Below, piece after piece: positions 1 to 9,927 of a DNA stretch of 64,000 nt. The stretch comes from Porticoccaceae bacterium (GTDB lineage: Bacteria; Pseudomonadota; Gammaproteobacteria; Pseudomonadales; Porticoccaceae), in the NCBI GenBank assembly GCA_029246925.1, contig JAQWMF010000014.1:242-64241 (forward strand), written 5' to 3'. A model generated the notes under the pieces. The model ran no database searches and was not told where the DNA came from. It saw nothing but the letters and a program-made list of their open reading frames with translations. Each line of letters opens with the position of its first letter. Position 1 is the first letter of the stretch. The translations under genes were made by a program, and so were the position numbers.

Positions 1-30
1 GTGTAATGTATGTTTTCAAGAAGTAAGATC

Positions 31-68
31 AGGCCCCTTTGCGGTTAAACGCATAGGGGCCTTTTTTT
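31..68 (+). terminator. Rho-independent terminator of an upstream gene
   Basis: aggcccct-ttgcg..cgca-taggggcct hairpin followed by a T7 tract. Confidence 0.75.
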
Positions 69-257
69 ATCTAGTCTTTTTTAGCGACACATTCTCAGTA
101 GAATGAAATAAACCTTTTAATTGAATCAAGCGTAACCATTAAAAATGCGGTGAAATACTACAGGGCTAAAAATTAATGGGGGTTGCAGGCAATTTTCAAT
201 ACCGCTTTGAAAATATGCAAACGTAAAATGGATATACTATTTACTATCAATACAGTG

Positions 258-1046
258 ATGATGTATGAAAGCCTAAAGATACTGCTTATTTTGGCGGGCA
301 TTACTTGGTTTGTTAGTTTAATTATTGAAGATGTCAGTATTGTTGACTATATCTGGTCGCTCTTAATATTATTGGCTGTTTGTACCTACGCATATATGGC
401 TGGCGTTGATAACCCCGTCAGCTTGATAATGTTGTTGATGGTGGCTATCTGGGCCTTACGCCTGACGTGGTTTTTAGTTAAACGCGGCAGAAATAAACCT
501 GAAGATAGGCGCTACCAAGTTATTCGTGAGCGTCATTCTCCCAATTTTAGCTATAAAAGCCTGTATTTAATTTTTATCTTTCAGGCCTTAGTGGCCTGGG
601 TGTTGAGTTCATTATTTGTGCCTATTTTTGAATCTGGTGCAGATCCTTCTGCAACACCAGTTTGGGGCCTGTGGCATTCTGCTGGTGTAATGCTTTGGTT
701 GTTTGGCTTTGTCTATGAAACTATTGCGGACCAGCAACTACACCACTACAACTCTAGGGTTGTTAAAGAGAGTTCTACGCTCTCTACAGGCCTTTGGCGT
801 TATTGCCGACACCCTAATTACTTTGGCGAGTGTTGTATCTGGTGGGCCTGGTGTATATTCGCTATTCCAACCGGCTCTGCGTGGATACTATTAGCGCCAT
901 TAGTAATGACTTATCTTTTACTTACATTTTCTGGCGTGGGTAATATGGAGCAGGGGATAACTGCTCGTAGACCCGATTATCAGGCGTATATTCATTCAAC
1001 TAATACATTCTTTCCCGGCAAGCCGCGAAGTAAAGTTATTAGATGA
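258..1046 (+). CDS. DUF1295 / steroid 5-alpha-reductase-like membrane protein
   Basis: Multi-TM ORF with WALRL, EDRRY, IADQQL, GLWRYCRHPNYFGE and YIHSTNTFFP motifs. The ORF track starts at TTG 183; the in-frame ATG at 258 is the more plausible start. Confidence 0.85.
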   Translation: MMYESLKILLILAGITWFVSLIIEDVSIVDYIWSLLILLAVCTYAYMAGVDNPVSLIMLLMVAIWALRLTWFLVKRGRNKPEDRRYQVIRERHSPNFSYKSLYLIFIFQALVAWVLSSLFVPIFESGADPSATPVWGLWHSAGVMLWLFGFVYETIADQQLHHYNSRVVKESSTLSTGLWRYCRHPNYFGECCIWWAWCIFAIPTGSAWILLAPLVMTYLLLTFSGVGNMEQGITARRPDYQAYIHSTNTFFPGKPRSKVIR

Positions 1047-1244
1047 TAAGGGGATTATTTTTTTCAATTGACTGAAAAATGGGAAAAAGGGTGCCTTATT
1101 CACCAATATGTAAAAGTTCTAATAAATAAAGTTTCACTTAGTCGAACAATCATCTGTTATAAAAATAATATAATAATTAAATTCCGCGACAATTTTGTTG
1201 TGGTTTTTTGACCTATAACTAAATTTTTTTGGGATCCTAACTCA

Positions 1245-2696
1245 ATGTATAAATATCTTGTAATTCTAATATGTTCAATTGTTGTTGTTGGCTGTGACCA
1301 GCCTGTTGCAGATAATACAGCTGACAAGTCCACAAGGGATAGTCTAACGGTTTATACCACGGCAAAAGATACTGACCAGCGTTTAACTAAAACAGGTACC
1401 TTTCAATTTAAGCCGCGGGTTCAGGCGACAGAGGGTGAGATTTCAATTTTTGTTAATTCGAGTAAGCAGTTTCAAAAATTTCTGGGTATTGGTGGTTCGT
1501 TCACTGACGCCAGTGCTGAGGTATTTGCAAAATTAGATACTGCTAAACAAGAGGAATTCCTTAAAGCCTATTACGATATCGAAGAGGGTATTGGATATTC
1601 GCTTGCTCGGACCACTATCCATAGTTCGGATTTTGGCAGTGGCAGTCACACCTATATTGACGAGGGTGATAAGTCCCTAGACACTTTTTCTATTGATAAG
1701 GATAAGCAATTTCGTATTCCTCTCATCAAAAGAGCAACCGAGGCAGCGGGTGGTGAATTATTGCTTTACGCGAGTCCTTGGAGTGCGCCAGCATTTATGA
1801 AAAGCAATAACAATATGTTGCGTGGCGGAAAGCTCTTACCTGAGTACTTTGATTCTTGGGCTAACTACTACACAAAATTTATTAAGGCCTATGAAAGTGA
1901 AGGTATGCCTATCTGGGGTATTTCAATACAAAATGAGCCAATGGCTACTCAGCGCTGGGAGTCAATGATCTACACAGCGCAAGAGGAAAGAGATTTCTTG
2001 AAAAACCATCTTGGGCCAGCAATGGAAAAAGCAGGCTATGGCGACAAAAATATTGTTGTTTGGGATCATAACCGAGACCTTCTTACCGATCGCGCAAATG
2101 TAATTTTGGATGATCCAGAAGCCTACAAATATGTTTGGGGTATTGGATATCATTGGTACGAGACCTGGACTGGCGGTGACAGCATGCACGACAATCTTGC
2201 TGCGGTTAAGGAATCATATCCAGAGGTTCAGCTGCTGTTTACCGAGGGGACTGTTGAAGGGTTTAGAGAGGATCGCTATCAATATTGGCCCAATGCTGAA
2301 CGTTATGCTCGTTCTATGATTAAGGATTTTAATATTGGCACTGTGGGCTGGACTGATTGGAACTTGCTGCTAGATCACACTGGCGGGCCAAATCATGTGA
2401 GTAATTTCTGCTTTGCGCCAATTCATGCAGATACACGCACAGGTGAGCTTATTTATACGCCAAGTTATTACTACATAGGGCACTTCTCTAAATTTATCCG
2501 TCCTGACGCAAGAAGAATTAGCACTAGCAGTAGTCGCAGCGTTCTTCTGGCCACCTCTTTTATGAATACAGATAATCAAATTGCTACGGTGGTTATGAAT
2601 GAAACTGACCAGTCTATTGACTATCATTTCTTTGCTGATATGGAACAGGTGACTTTGACCATTCCGGCTCGCAGTATGCAGACGTTGGTATACTAA
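1245..2696 (+). CDS. GH30 (GH30_1-like) beta-glucosidase / beta-1,6-glucanase, lipoprotein
   Basis: Lipobox VVVGC; GIGGSFTD, YASPWSAP, QNEP (acid/base), FTEG (nucleophile), WTDWNLLLD motifs; C-terminal beta domain. Confidence 0.9.
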   Translation: MYKYLVILICSIVVVGCDQPVADNTADKSTRDSLTVYTTAKDTDQRLTKTGTFQFKPRVQATEGEISIFVNSSKQFQKFLGIGGSFTDASAEVFAKLDTAKQEEFLKAYYDIEEGIGYSLARTTIHSSDFGSGSHTYIDEGDKSLDTFSIDKDKQFRIPLIKRATEAAGGELLLYASPWSAPAFMKSNNNMLRGGKLLPEYFDSWANYYTKFIKAYESEGMPIWGISIQNEPMATQRWESMIYTAQEERDFLKNHLGPAMEKAGYGDKNIVVWDHNRDLLTDRANVILDDPEAYKYVWGIGYHWYETWTGGDSMHDNLAAVKESYPEVQLLFTEGTVEGFREDRYQYWPNAERYARSMIKDFNIGTVGWTDWNLLLDHTGGPNHVSNFCFAPIHADTRTGELIYTPSYYYIGHFSKFIRPDARRISTSSSRSVLLATSFMNTDNQIATVVMNETDQSIDYHFFADMEQVTLTIPARSMQTLVY

Positions 2697-2704
2697 GCTT
2701 GATG

Positions 2705-2733
2705 ATCGTATCGGGTCATTGGCCCGATACGAT
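2705..2733. terminator. Hairpin between convergent GH30 and AraC genes (probable bidirectional terminator)
   Basis: atcgtatcggg / cccgatacgat 11-bp inverted repeat; U-tracts are weak. Confidence 0.55.
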
Positions 2734-3891
2734 TTAATGAATTTGACGATATTTGGTAGGGGTCATACCCTCTAATTTCTTAAAGAAAGTATAAAAGACT
2801 GATTTACTGTTAAAGCCTACGGCAAGATATATATCAGTTATCGTAGTATCTCTCTGATCCGAATCCTTCAGCATCCTCTTGGCTTCATCTATTCTGTAAC
2901 TGTTTATAAAGGTATAAAAGTTAGCGCCAAAGTGTCTATTGATAATCATTGATAGATCTCTTGACATGATTTCAAGGGTTTCTGCCAAGCTGTCTAGGGT
3001 GATATCAGGATCCAAATACAGTTTTTCTTGCTTAATCCGCTCATTAATTGACTCCGCCTCTTGGGGGTTTATCGCAAACTCATCTGCGGGTTTCTTGGGT
3101 AGATCTGCTTCATTAACCTGCTCGAACATGCCGAAAAATCGTATAGCAGTGAATACTAGTAAATTGACCAAAAAGAACGTGGTGTAATAGCGAGTGAGCC
3201 CTATATAAAAGTATATATAGTGATAATGGGTAAAGATTTTTGAGGCAGAAAGGATAAGCTCAAACAGCATAACAATGGTAAAGCCAGCAACCAATGCTCT
3301 CAACCAGGATAGATGCGCTTTTTCCATGTTTGAGTGCTTCTCTTGAAGCTTCAATGCGTATCGGCTAATAAGAATAAAGCAGGCAATAACGTAGGAAAAA
3401 CGAATTAACTTGCTGAAAAACTCTATACCGACATAGTTAGCGCTGTAAACAAATGACTCGCTATTTAGCATCTCTAGGCGAATACTAGGTGGGTTGCCAT
3501 AGAAGCTAAAGCCAATAAAGAGACTGTAGATGGCGAATGGCAATAGATGTAAAAGATCAGCTCGCTTTAATGCAAAATCTCGAAAAACCAATGATTTTAT
3601 ACATAAGAATAATAAGGGTCCGTCTAAGTAGTAAGCAATACCAGGCGCAAAATATAAAGAGGTCAATTGTTGACGAGCATGTACTTTAAACTCCACGCCC
3701 CACATCATTAATTCATTAATCGGAATCAGTGAGTGAGCAAATAGAAAGGCAGCGAGAAAAAAAGTACTTTTAATTTGCTTACTGTTTGTAAACCACAGTA
3801 ATAGGGCAAAAAATAGGCACTGCAACGATATCATCATCAGGATAACATCGTGAAAATTAAACAGTACAGATTCGAATTTAAGATTAGTCAT
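2734..3891 (-). CDS. Membrane-anchored AraC-family transcriptional regulator
   Basis: N-terminal ~250 aa has several hydrophobic helices; C-terminal AraC HTH (LYLDPDITLDSLA..., INSYRIDEAK, VGFNSKSVFYTFFKKLEGMTPTKYR). Confidence 0.92.
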   Translation of the reverse strand: MTNLKFESVLFNFHDVILMMISLQCLFFALLLWFTNSKQIKSTFFLAAFLFAHSLIPINELMMWGVEFKVHARQQLTSLYFAPGIAYYLDGPLLFLCIKSLVFRDFALKRADLLHLLPFAIYSLFIGFSFYGNPPSIRLEMLNSESFVYSANYVGIEFFSKLIRFSYVIACFILISRYALKLQEKHSNMEKAHLSWLRALVAGFTIVMLFELILSASKIFTHYHYIYFYIGLTRYYTTFFLVNLLVFTAIRFFGMFEQVNEADLPKKPADEFAINPQEAESINERIKQEKLYLDPDITLDSLAETLEIMSRDLSMIINRHFGANFYTFINSYRIDEAKRMLKDSDQRDTTITDIYLAVGFNSKSVFYTFFKKLEGMTPTKYRQIH

Positions 3892-4045
3892 TAATTTTTA
3901 TCTTTTAATATCATCGCCTTTGAGGGACACAGTGTAGGCACTAAGCTGTGAATTTTAAAGCGTATTCTAGTATAGAAAATAACAGGTGGTTAATGATTGA
4001 CTGTTACGGTATTCAATTATTTTAGTGTTTTGTTATAAATTTTGA

Positions 4046-4069
4046 GTTCGAGTGCTTTAGTCGGACGCA
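4046..4069. promoter_or_regulatory. Putative transcription-factor operator GTTCGA-N9-TCGGAC
   Basis: 22/24 identical to 59286-59309; lies between the divergent AraC and GH16-like genes. Confidence 0.65.
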
Positions 4070-4212
4070 ATAAATAAGCCCAATCTGTAATTTAGACTTA
4101 AATCAACCTTGCAAGTGCCATAAATTACTGTGTAAGGAAAAAATACATCTAGTAAGTTAAGAGAATGCCATGAGAGCGGCATAACAAAAATAAAGAAGAA
4201 AAGAGGTTTTAA

Positions 4213-6690
4213 ATGTTTGCTAAAAAAGTGCTTGTCGCGCTGAGTCTACCATTTATATTTTCACTTACAGCCTGTGGTGGCGATGCAGATCAAAATGTTG
4301 TGCGTGATATTTTTGCAATTGGCGATATTGTAGAAACTAAAGAAGATGGCGGTGAGGTGATTGGTGATGTGAGCACCAATGATCAAGGCGACAATCTTAG
4401 TTTTTCTTTGGTTGAAAATCAGACCATGGAAAATGGAACTCTTGTGTTCAATACAGATGGCACATTTACCTATACACCTGATTTAGATTTTTTTGGCTCT
4501 GACGCAATACATTATGTAGCGACTAATGATGTTACTGGTGCCACCTCTACGGCGACTCTTACTATAAATGTAGTGAATGATTTTGAGCGTATTGATGAAT
4601 ATGGCTGGGAATTAGTTTGGAGTGACGAATTTAATGCTGCTGATGTATTCGACTCAAGTCTCTGGGTTGGAGATGATGTTACTGTTAGTAGTGGCAGTCT
4701 TAAAATTAATGCAATTGAGGGTCAATCTTCGTCAGTTAAAGGTATACAGCCAATCAGCAAAGGTCGTATTGAAGCCAATGTAAGAACGGCTGCTGGTGTT
4801 GATGTAATGTCGGCCTTTAAATTAGTTCCAGTGAGCGATATTTACGATGGTGATAACGCGCTAAGTTTAATGCAGGCTGAAGATGGCACTATGACGGCTG
4901 GTGCGCACTACGGTTTGGATAGAATAAGTGGCGTTCTTATGAATGCTGATATTCTTGCGACTACTTCTGATGAGTTTCATACCTATGCTATTGAATGGGG
5001 TGAGAAAAAAATACGTTGGTATATAGATGGAACCCATGTCTATACAGTAAATACACTGAACCTATGGGGATATAACCAAAGTGCCGACGATATAGTTGCT
5101 GATACAGACGGACCATTTAATCAGCCTATGCACGTTATTTTTGATGTGACAGCAGCCACTGAAGATTTGCCGACTCAAATTCTTGTTGATTATATAAAGG
5201 TGTGGTCTTGTAACCCTTCAGTGGAAGCTAGCGTTGAAGAATGTGCGTCCAAGGAAAAGTCAAAAATCTCTCGGGGAGCAACAGACAGGATTGAGGCTGT
5301 AGGCGCTGAGCAAACCACTATCTTTTCTGATGGTTATAAAGATCCTGCTACTGAGGCTCTAATATCTGCGTTACACCCTTTGAGCTGGCACTATCTAAAA
5401 AAAGATGTATTCGATTTAACTCTAACCAGTGACAATGAGTCTGAAGTTAAAACCCTTACTCTTGAAGGCGACGAGCATGATCTTGTATTAGATTTCACCA
5501 ATGCTTCTGGGGCAGCTTCAATGGGCATTGAAACAGAGGTAATAGAGAGCGTTGAGTTAAATGGCTACGATATTACTTTGAATTTTGATCTTTTGATCGA
5601 TAGCGCTGCAACAGATGCTGAAAATATCACCATCAAAATGCAATCTGGTGATGCTGTTGATGATGATACTGCTGATTCTGGTGCTGGAGAAGTCTCTTGG
5701 GTTCTGGAAGAGCTTACCTTGGACTCTTGGGTAACTTACAGTATTCCAGTGTCAGACTTTATCGACAATCCTGTAGACCCGTTAGGTCTAGATCCAGAGA
5801 ACCTTACATCATTGATGATCCTTGAAGTGGATGGTGGCGCCCATTTGCAATTAGATAATATTTCGCTGAATTGCATAAACTCAGAAGGTTGTCTTCAGGG
5901 TCCACTGGCCTTGCAAACGGCTGCTGCACCAAAAGCTGATCCAATTCGCATTGAAGCCGAAAACCACATAACCCAAAGTGGAACTGGTCTTGAAGATACA
6001 GCGGATGAGGGTGGCGGTCAGAATGTTGGTTTTGTCAGTGATGGTGACTTTGTAAGTTACACCATCAATGCACCAGCTATTGGGCCCTACACTCTGGACT
6101 ATCGTGTGGCGAGTAAGGGCGGGAGTGATGGGTTTGTTATGTCGCTTGATGGTGAGGTTATTCATTCCCAATCAATTCCTGATACTGGCGATTGGCAGAA
6201 TTGGGTCACAGTCACTTCTTCAGCATTCGAGTTGACTGCAGGGGTATATACCATGCAGATCGACTTTGTTGATGAAAACCAGAATCTAAACTGGCTTGAA
6301 ATACAGCCGCCACTTGGTGAAGTTTTTATCGAAGCTGAAGACTATGACGTCGTGAGTGGAATTGATATGGAAGAAACCACTGATACTGGCGGTGGTGAGA
6401 ATATTGGCTGGATTGATCAGGGTGATTTTGTTGAATACACCGTCAATATTCCATCGACCGGTGAATATCTCATTCAATACCGTGTTGCAGGACTCTGGGA
6501 TACCCTAGGGCTTGAGAACACTATTGGTGGCGTTTTAGTGGATACGCAAGCGATGGATTCAACGGGCGACTGGCAGAACTGGGTAACGCAAAGCGCCGTG
6601 GTGAATTTAACCGCGGGTGAGCAAACCATGCGCTTAGACTTTATCGATGGGCCTATGAATATCAACTGGATTAAGCTGATCAGACAATAG
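4213..6690 (+). CDS. Lipoprotein: Ig/cadherin-like domain + degenerate GH16 domain + CBM-like beta-sandwich + 2x CBM6
   Basis: Lipobox LTAC; DGTFTYTP repeat-type domain; GH16 framework (WELVWSDEF, GRIE, FHTYAIEW, IRWYIDG, PFNQ, VDYIKV) but no ExDxxE motif; two CBM6 modules (RIEAE...GWID.GD..EY...TG.WQ.W.T...N.NW). Confidence 0.8.
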   Translation: MFAKKVLVALSLPFIFSLTACGGDADQNVVRDIFAIGDIVETKEDGGEVIGDVSTNDQGDNLSFSLVENQTMENGTLVFNTDGTFTYTPDLDFFGSDAIHYVATNDVTGATSTATLTINVVNDFERIDEYGWELVWSDEFNAADVFDSSLWVGDDVTVSSGSLKINAIEGQSSSVKGIQPISKGRIEANVRTAAGVDVMSAFKLVPVSDIYDGDNALSLMQAEDGTMTAGAHYGLDRISGVLMNADILATTSDEFHTYAIEWGEKKIRWYIDGTHVYTVNTLNLWGYNQSADDIVADTDGPFNQPMHVIFDVTAATEDLPTQILVDYIKVWSCNPSVEASVEECASKEKSKISRGATDRIEAVGAEQTTIFSDGYKDPATEALISALHPLSWHYLKKDVFDLTLTSDNESEVKTLTLEGDEHDLVLDFTNASGAASMGIETEVIESVELNGYDITLNFDLLIDSAATDAENITIKMQSGDAVDDDTADSGAGEVSWVLEELTLDSWVTYSIPVSDFIDNPVDPLGLDPENLTSLMILEVDGGAHLQLDNISLNCINSEGCLQGPLALQTAAAPKADPIRIEAENHITQSGTGLEDTADEGGGQNVGFVSDGDFVSYTINAPAIGPYTLDYRVASKGGSDGFVMSLDGEVIHSQSIPDTGDWQNWVTVTSSAFELTAGVYTMQIDFVDENQNLNWLEIQPPLGEVFIEAEDYDVVSGIDMEETTDTGGGENIGWIDQGDFVEYTVNIPSTGEYLIQYRVAGLWDTLGLENTIGGVLVDTQAMDSTGDWQNWVTQSAVVNLTAGEQTMRLDFIDGPMNINWIKLIRQ

Positions 6691-6743
6691 GTTTTGGCAA
6701 CAATTAAAAAATAATTAGAAGTAGCTCGAGTAGGGATAAATAT

Positions 6744-9700
6744 ATGAAGTACGAGACTAAATTCAAAAGACAATTATTAGCAAGTAGTATTGCTATGGTT
6801 GTGGCTGCTGGTGCTAATGCTCAGGAAGCAGTGCTTGAGACGGCGGATGATAATATCGAAGAGGTTGTAGTCACAGGTATTCGAGCCAGTTTGCAGCGTT
6901 CGATGGATATTAAGCGCGATGCCAAGGGTATTGTCGATGGAATTTCAGCAGAAGATATAGGTAAATTTCCGGATACTAACCTAGCTGAGTCTCTGCAGCG
7001 AATCACGGGGGTTGCTATTGAGCGCGATCGCGGTGAGGGCTCAAAGATTACGGTTCGTGGTTTTGGTCCAGACTTTAATATTGTCAGTTTTAATGGCCGT
7101 CAGATGCCTACCAACGGTGGTAGATCTTTTGACTTTGGTAATATTGCATCTGAGGGTATATCTGCGGTTGAGGTGTATAAATCGGGTCGAGCCAATGTAG
7201 CTTCTGGTGGTATTGGCGCGGTAGTCAATGTGATAACCAGCAAGCCGCTTGAAAAACCCGGTCTTCGTGCAGTTTTAAGTACCAAAGGGGTCTATGATCC
7301 AGGCACTAGACGCGGGAATTCAGTGAATCCTGAAATTGTTGGGCTGTTTAGTCAAACCTTTGCCGAGGACACCATTGGTGTTTCTCTATCTGCCAGTAAA
7401 CAGGTTCGAGATGGTGGCTCTCAGTCAGTCACAACTCAAAGCTTTATGGGCCGCAATTTTGTTACTCTGGATGATATGGATAATAACGTTGATGATGCAG
7501 AATGGGGCTCAATACCTGTTGGCGATCCAACAGCGATTAACTTCCCTACAGAGGTTTCTGAGGGTATTTATGCCATTCCAACCAATATTCAATATAACCT
7601 CGATGATTTTCGCCGTGAACGTATTAATGGACAGCTGACTTTACAGTGGCGACCGGTAGAAAATATTACTGGAACTATCGACTATACCTATGCTGAAAAT
7701 CAGATGAATACTCAGCACCAAGATTTATCGGCGTGGTTTGATCCGGGTTGTAGCACGCGCGAGAGTGAATGGGTTCAAGAGGGAAATATATGGTCGCCTA
7801 CGGTTTATCGTCAAGTGGGTTGTGCGCAGGATAATCTTCAGGGTGTCGGACTTTTTGCAACAGTTGATGAAAATAAATCGGCTGGCTTTAATTTGGAATG
7901 GCTAGTCAATGACAACCTGACTTTAAATATGGACTATCACGATTCAACCGGTGAATCTCGCCCCAATAGTAAACATGGATCAGGCGGTTCAATGGCAGTT
8001 GCTGCACTTAATCGAATTACTACATCGGGCTACTTTAGTGAAGACGGTATGCCTGTTTTAGAGGTTCAGCTGGGTGAGCGAAATTCTTATAACCAAATTT
8101 CTAGAATAGACCCAGTAAATGCTGAAGATATGCAGGTGTCTGGTAGTTCATTTGGAAGCTTTAACAATGTTATGGATGTTAAGCAGCTTCAGTTTGACGG
8201 TGAGTATGTATTTGATGAGGGGCATAGCATAGATTTCGGTATTGGTCGCATTGAGGTTACCAACAGAGGGCAGTCTAAGAGTATTGCTCGAAATACATGG
8301 AGTGGTGTGGGTGATCCGGGTGATATTGCTGATTTCCTGACGGTTGATTCTATTGCCGATGTCTACGATACACTTGAAGGCAGCGGTGATCCGCGACAGG
8401 TAACAGAGTTTTTCACTTGGGATTTTCAGGCGCTTATTGATCGCAGTGAGGAGCTTCTGCAATCAGGTAGCCATGGTGATGTTGATGGTGATGGCGGACC
8501 CTGTTTAACCGGTTTCTGCCCCTCTTATAACTTTGATTTGGACGAAGTCACAACTGAAACGTCTGATTCAATCTATTTGCAAACCCATTGGGCTGGCGAT
8601 CTATTAGATCGTCCAGTTAATCTATTCTATGGCATACGCTACGAAAAAACAGAAGTTCATTCTGAGGCGCTAGTGCCACTTTATGACCGTGTTGAGTGGA
8701 GTATTTTGGATAACCGCTTTAATCTTTATCAGCAGCAAGATGAAGAGGGCAATACCATTGTAGGCTTCTCAGAAATTGATGGTTCCTACAGCATGTTTTT
8801 GCCAAGTCTCGATTTTGATATGGAAATTATGGATGATGTCATCTTGCGTGCTTCCTACAGCTTGACTGTAACGCGCCCAGTTTACAACGATCTCAAAGGT
8901 GCGTTGATTATCGATTATCTAGGCACTGATGGTGGTGGTGGTCGAAGAGGTAACCCGCAGCTTCTACCTATGGAAGCAACCAACTTAGATCTATCATTAG
9001 AATGGTATTACGATGAAGGCAGTTACGTTTCTGCAGGCCTATGGTCTAAGGATGTAGATAACTTTATTATAAGTGCTACCTTTGAAGATCAGCCGTTATT
9101 CAAAAACCTTTACACGCCGATTGATGGCGATTTATACAATCAGGCAGTGGATGAGTTAACGGGTGGTGATCCGCGATTTGACTATGATGCGGGGGACCTA
9201 AATGAATACTATGCGGAAAATTATATAGGTCAACCGGGAATAGAGATATCTGGTCTGGGTGACGATATTGAGGTGACTCAAACTGGTCTTGAAGGGGATC
9301 CAGTGGCTATTTTTGATGTTACTATTCCAATTAATCAGCGTGAAACCAACGTTAAAGGTCTAGAGTTAATGGCCCAGCATACCTTTGGTGAATCAGGCTT
9401 TGGTTTTCAAGCAAACTACACGGTTGTCGATGGTGACCTTAAGTACGATATCAATCTTAATGAGGAACAGTGGGTTATTCCTGGTATGAGCGATACGGCT
9501 AACCTAGTTGCCTTTTATGATAAGAATGGATTCCAAATTCGGTTGGCCTATAACTGGCGTGATGAGTTCTTGGCATCCCCCGGAAGAGATCCACGCTTTG
9601 TTGAAGAATATTCCCAGTTTGACCTTAATGCGAGCTATGAATTTAACGATAATTTGTCAGTATTTATTGAGGGAATTAACTTAACCGAAGAGCATCAGCG

Positions 9701-9785
9701 TATTCATGGTCGATCGTCTTATCAGGTTAGAGAATACTCTGTAGGTCATGCTCGCTATAACCTAGGTGCCCGATATAGCTTCTAA
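6744..9785 (+). CDS. TonB-dependent receptor (SusC-like glycan importer by context)
   Basis: Signal peptide, TonB box IEEVVVTG, plug ISAEDIGKFPDTNLAESLQRITGV, C-terminal YNLGARYSF. Confidence 0.95.
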   Translation: MKYETKFKRQLLASSIAMVVAAGANAQEAVLETADDNIEEVVVTGIRASLQRSMDIKRDAKGIVDGISAEDIGKFPDTNLAESLQRITGVAIERDRGEGSKITVRGFGPDFNIVSFNGRQMPTNGGRSFDFGNIASEGISAVEVYKSGRANVASGGIGAVVNVITSKPLEKPGLRAVLSTKGVYDPGTRRGNSVNPEIVGLFSQTFAEDTIGVSLSASKQVRDGGSQSVTTQSFMGRNFVTLDDMDNNVDDAEWGSIPVGDPTAINFPTEVSEGIYAIPTNIQYNLDDFRRERINGQLTLQWRPVENITGTIDYTYAENQMNTQHQDLSAWFDPGCSTRESEWVQEGNIWSPTVYRQVGCAQDNLQGVGLFATVDENKSAGFNLEWLVNDNLTLNMDYHDSTGESRPNSKHGSGGSMAVAALNRITTSGYFSEDGMPVLEVQLGERNSYNQISRIDPVNAEDMQVSGSSFGSFNNVMDVKQLQFDGEYVFDEGHSIDFGIGRIEVTNRGQSKSIARNTWSGVGDPGDIADFLTVDSIADVYDTLEGSGDPRQVTEFFTWDFQALIDRSEELLQSGSHGDVDGDGGPCLTGFCPSYNFDLDEVTTETSDSIYLQTHWAGDLLDRPVNLFYGIRYEKTEVHSEALVPLYDRVEWSILDNRFNLYQQQDEEGNTIVGFSEIDGSYSMFLPSLDFDMEIMDDVILRASYSLTVTRPVYNDLKGALIIDYLGTDGGGGRRGNPQLLPMEATNLDLSLEWYYDEGSYVSAGLWSKDVDNFIISATFEDQPLFKNLYTPIDGDLYNQAVDELTGGDPRFDYDAGDLNEYYAENYIGQPGIEISGLGDDIEVTQTGLEGDPVAIFDVTIPINQRETNVKGLELMAQHTFGESGFGFQANYTVVDGDLKYDINLNEEQWVIPGMSDTANLVAFYDKNGFQIRLAYNWRDEFLASPGRDPRFVEEYSQFDLNASYEFNDNLSVFIEGINLTEEHQRIHGRSSYQVREYSVGHARYNLGARYSF

Positions 9786-9816
9786 AATTTCATGAAGTTT
9801 TGATCGATTGATAAAG

Positions 9817-9850
9817 AAGCTCTTAACTTTAATTAGTTAGGAGCTTTTTT
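9817..9850 (+). terminator. Rho-independent terminator after TBDR1
   Basis: aagctcttaac / gttaggagctt stem followed by a T-tract. Confidence 0.75.
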
Positions 9851-9927
9851 ATTAAATTCCAATTCTCAATATCCAAGGGTATATTAGAGAGCTGACATAA
9901 CATTGCCGGAGTAATTTAGGAGTAGGC

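Noticed and set aside
70-257. ECF11 promoter upstream of DUF1295 (a family often found in RpoE-ChrR regulons)
   Set aside because: CGTA is present at 131, but there is no TGATC at the required spacing
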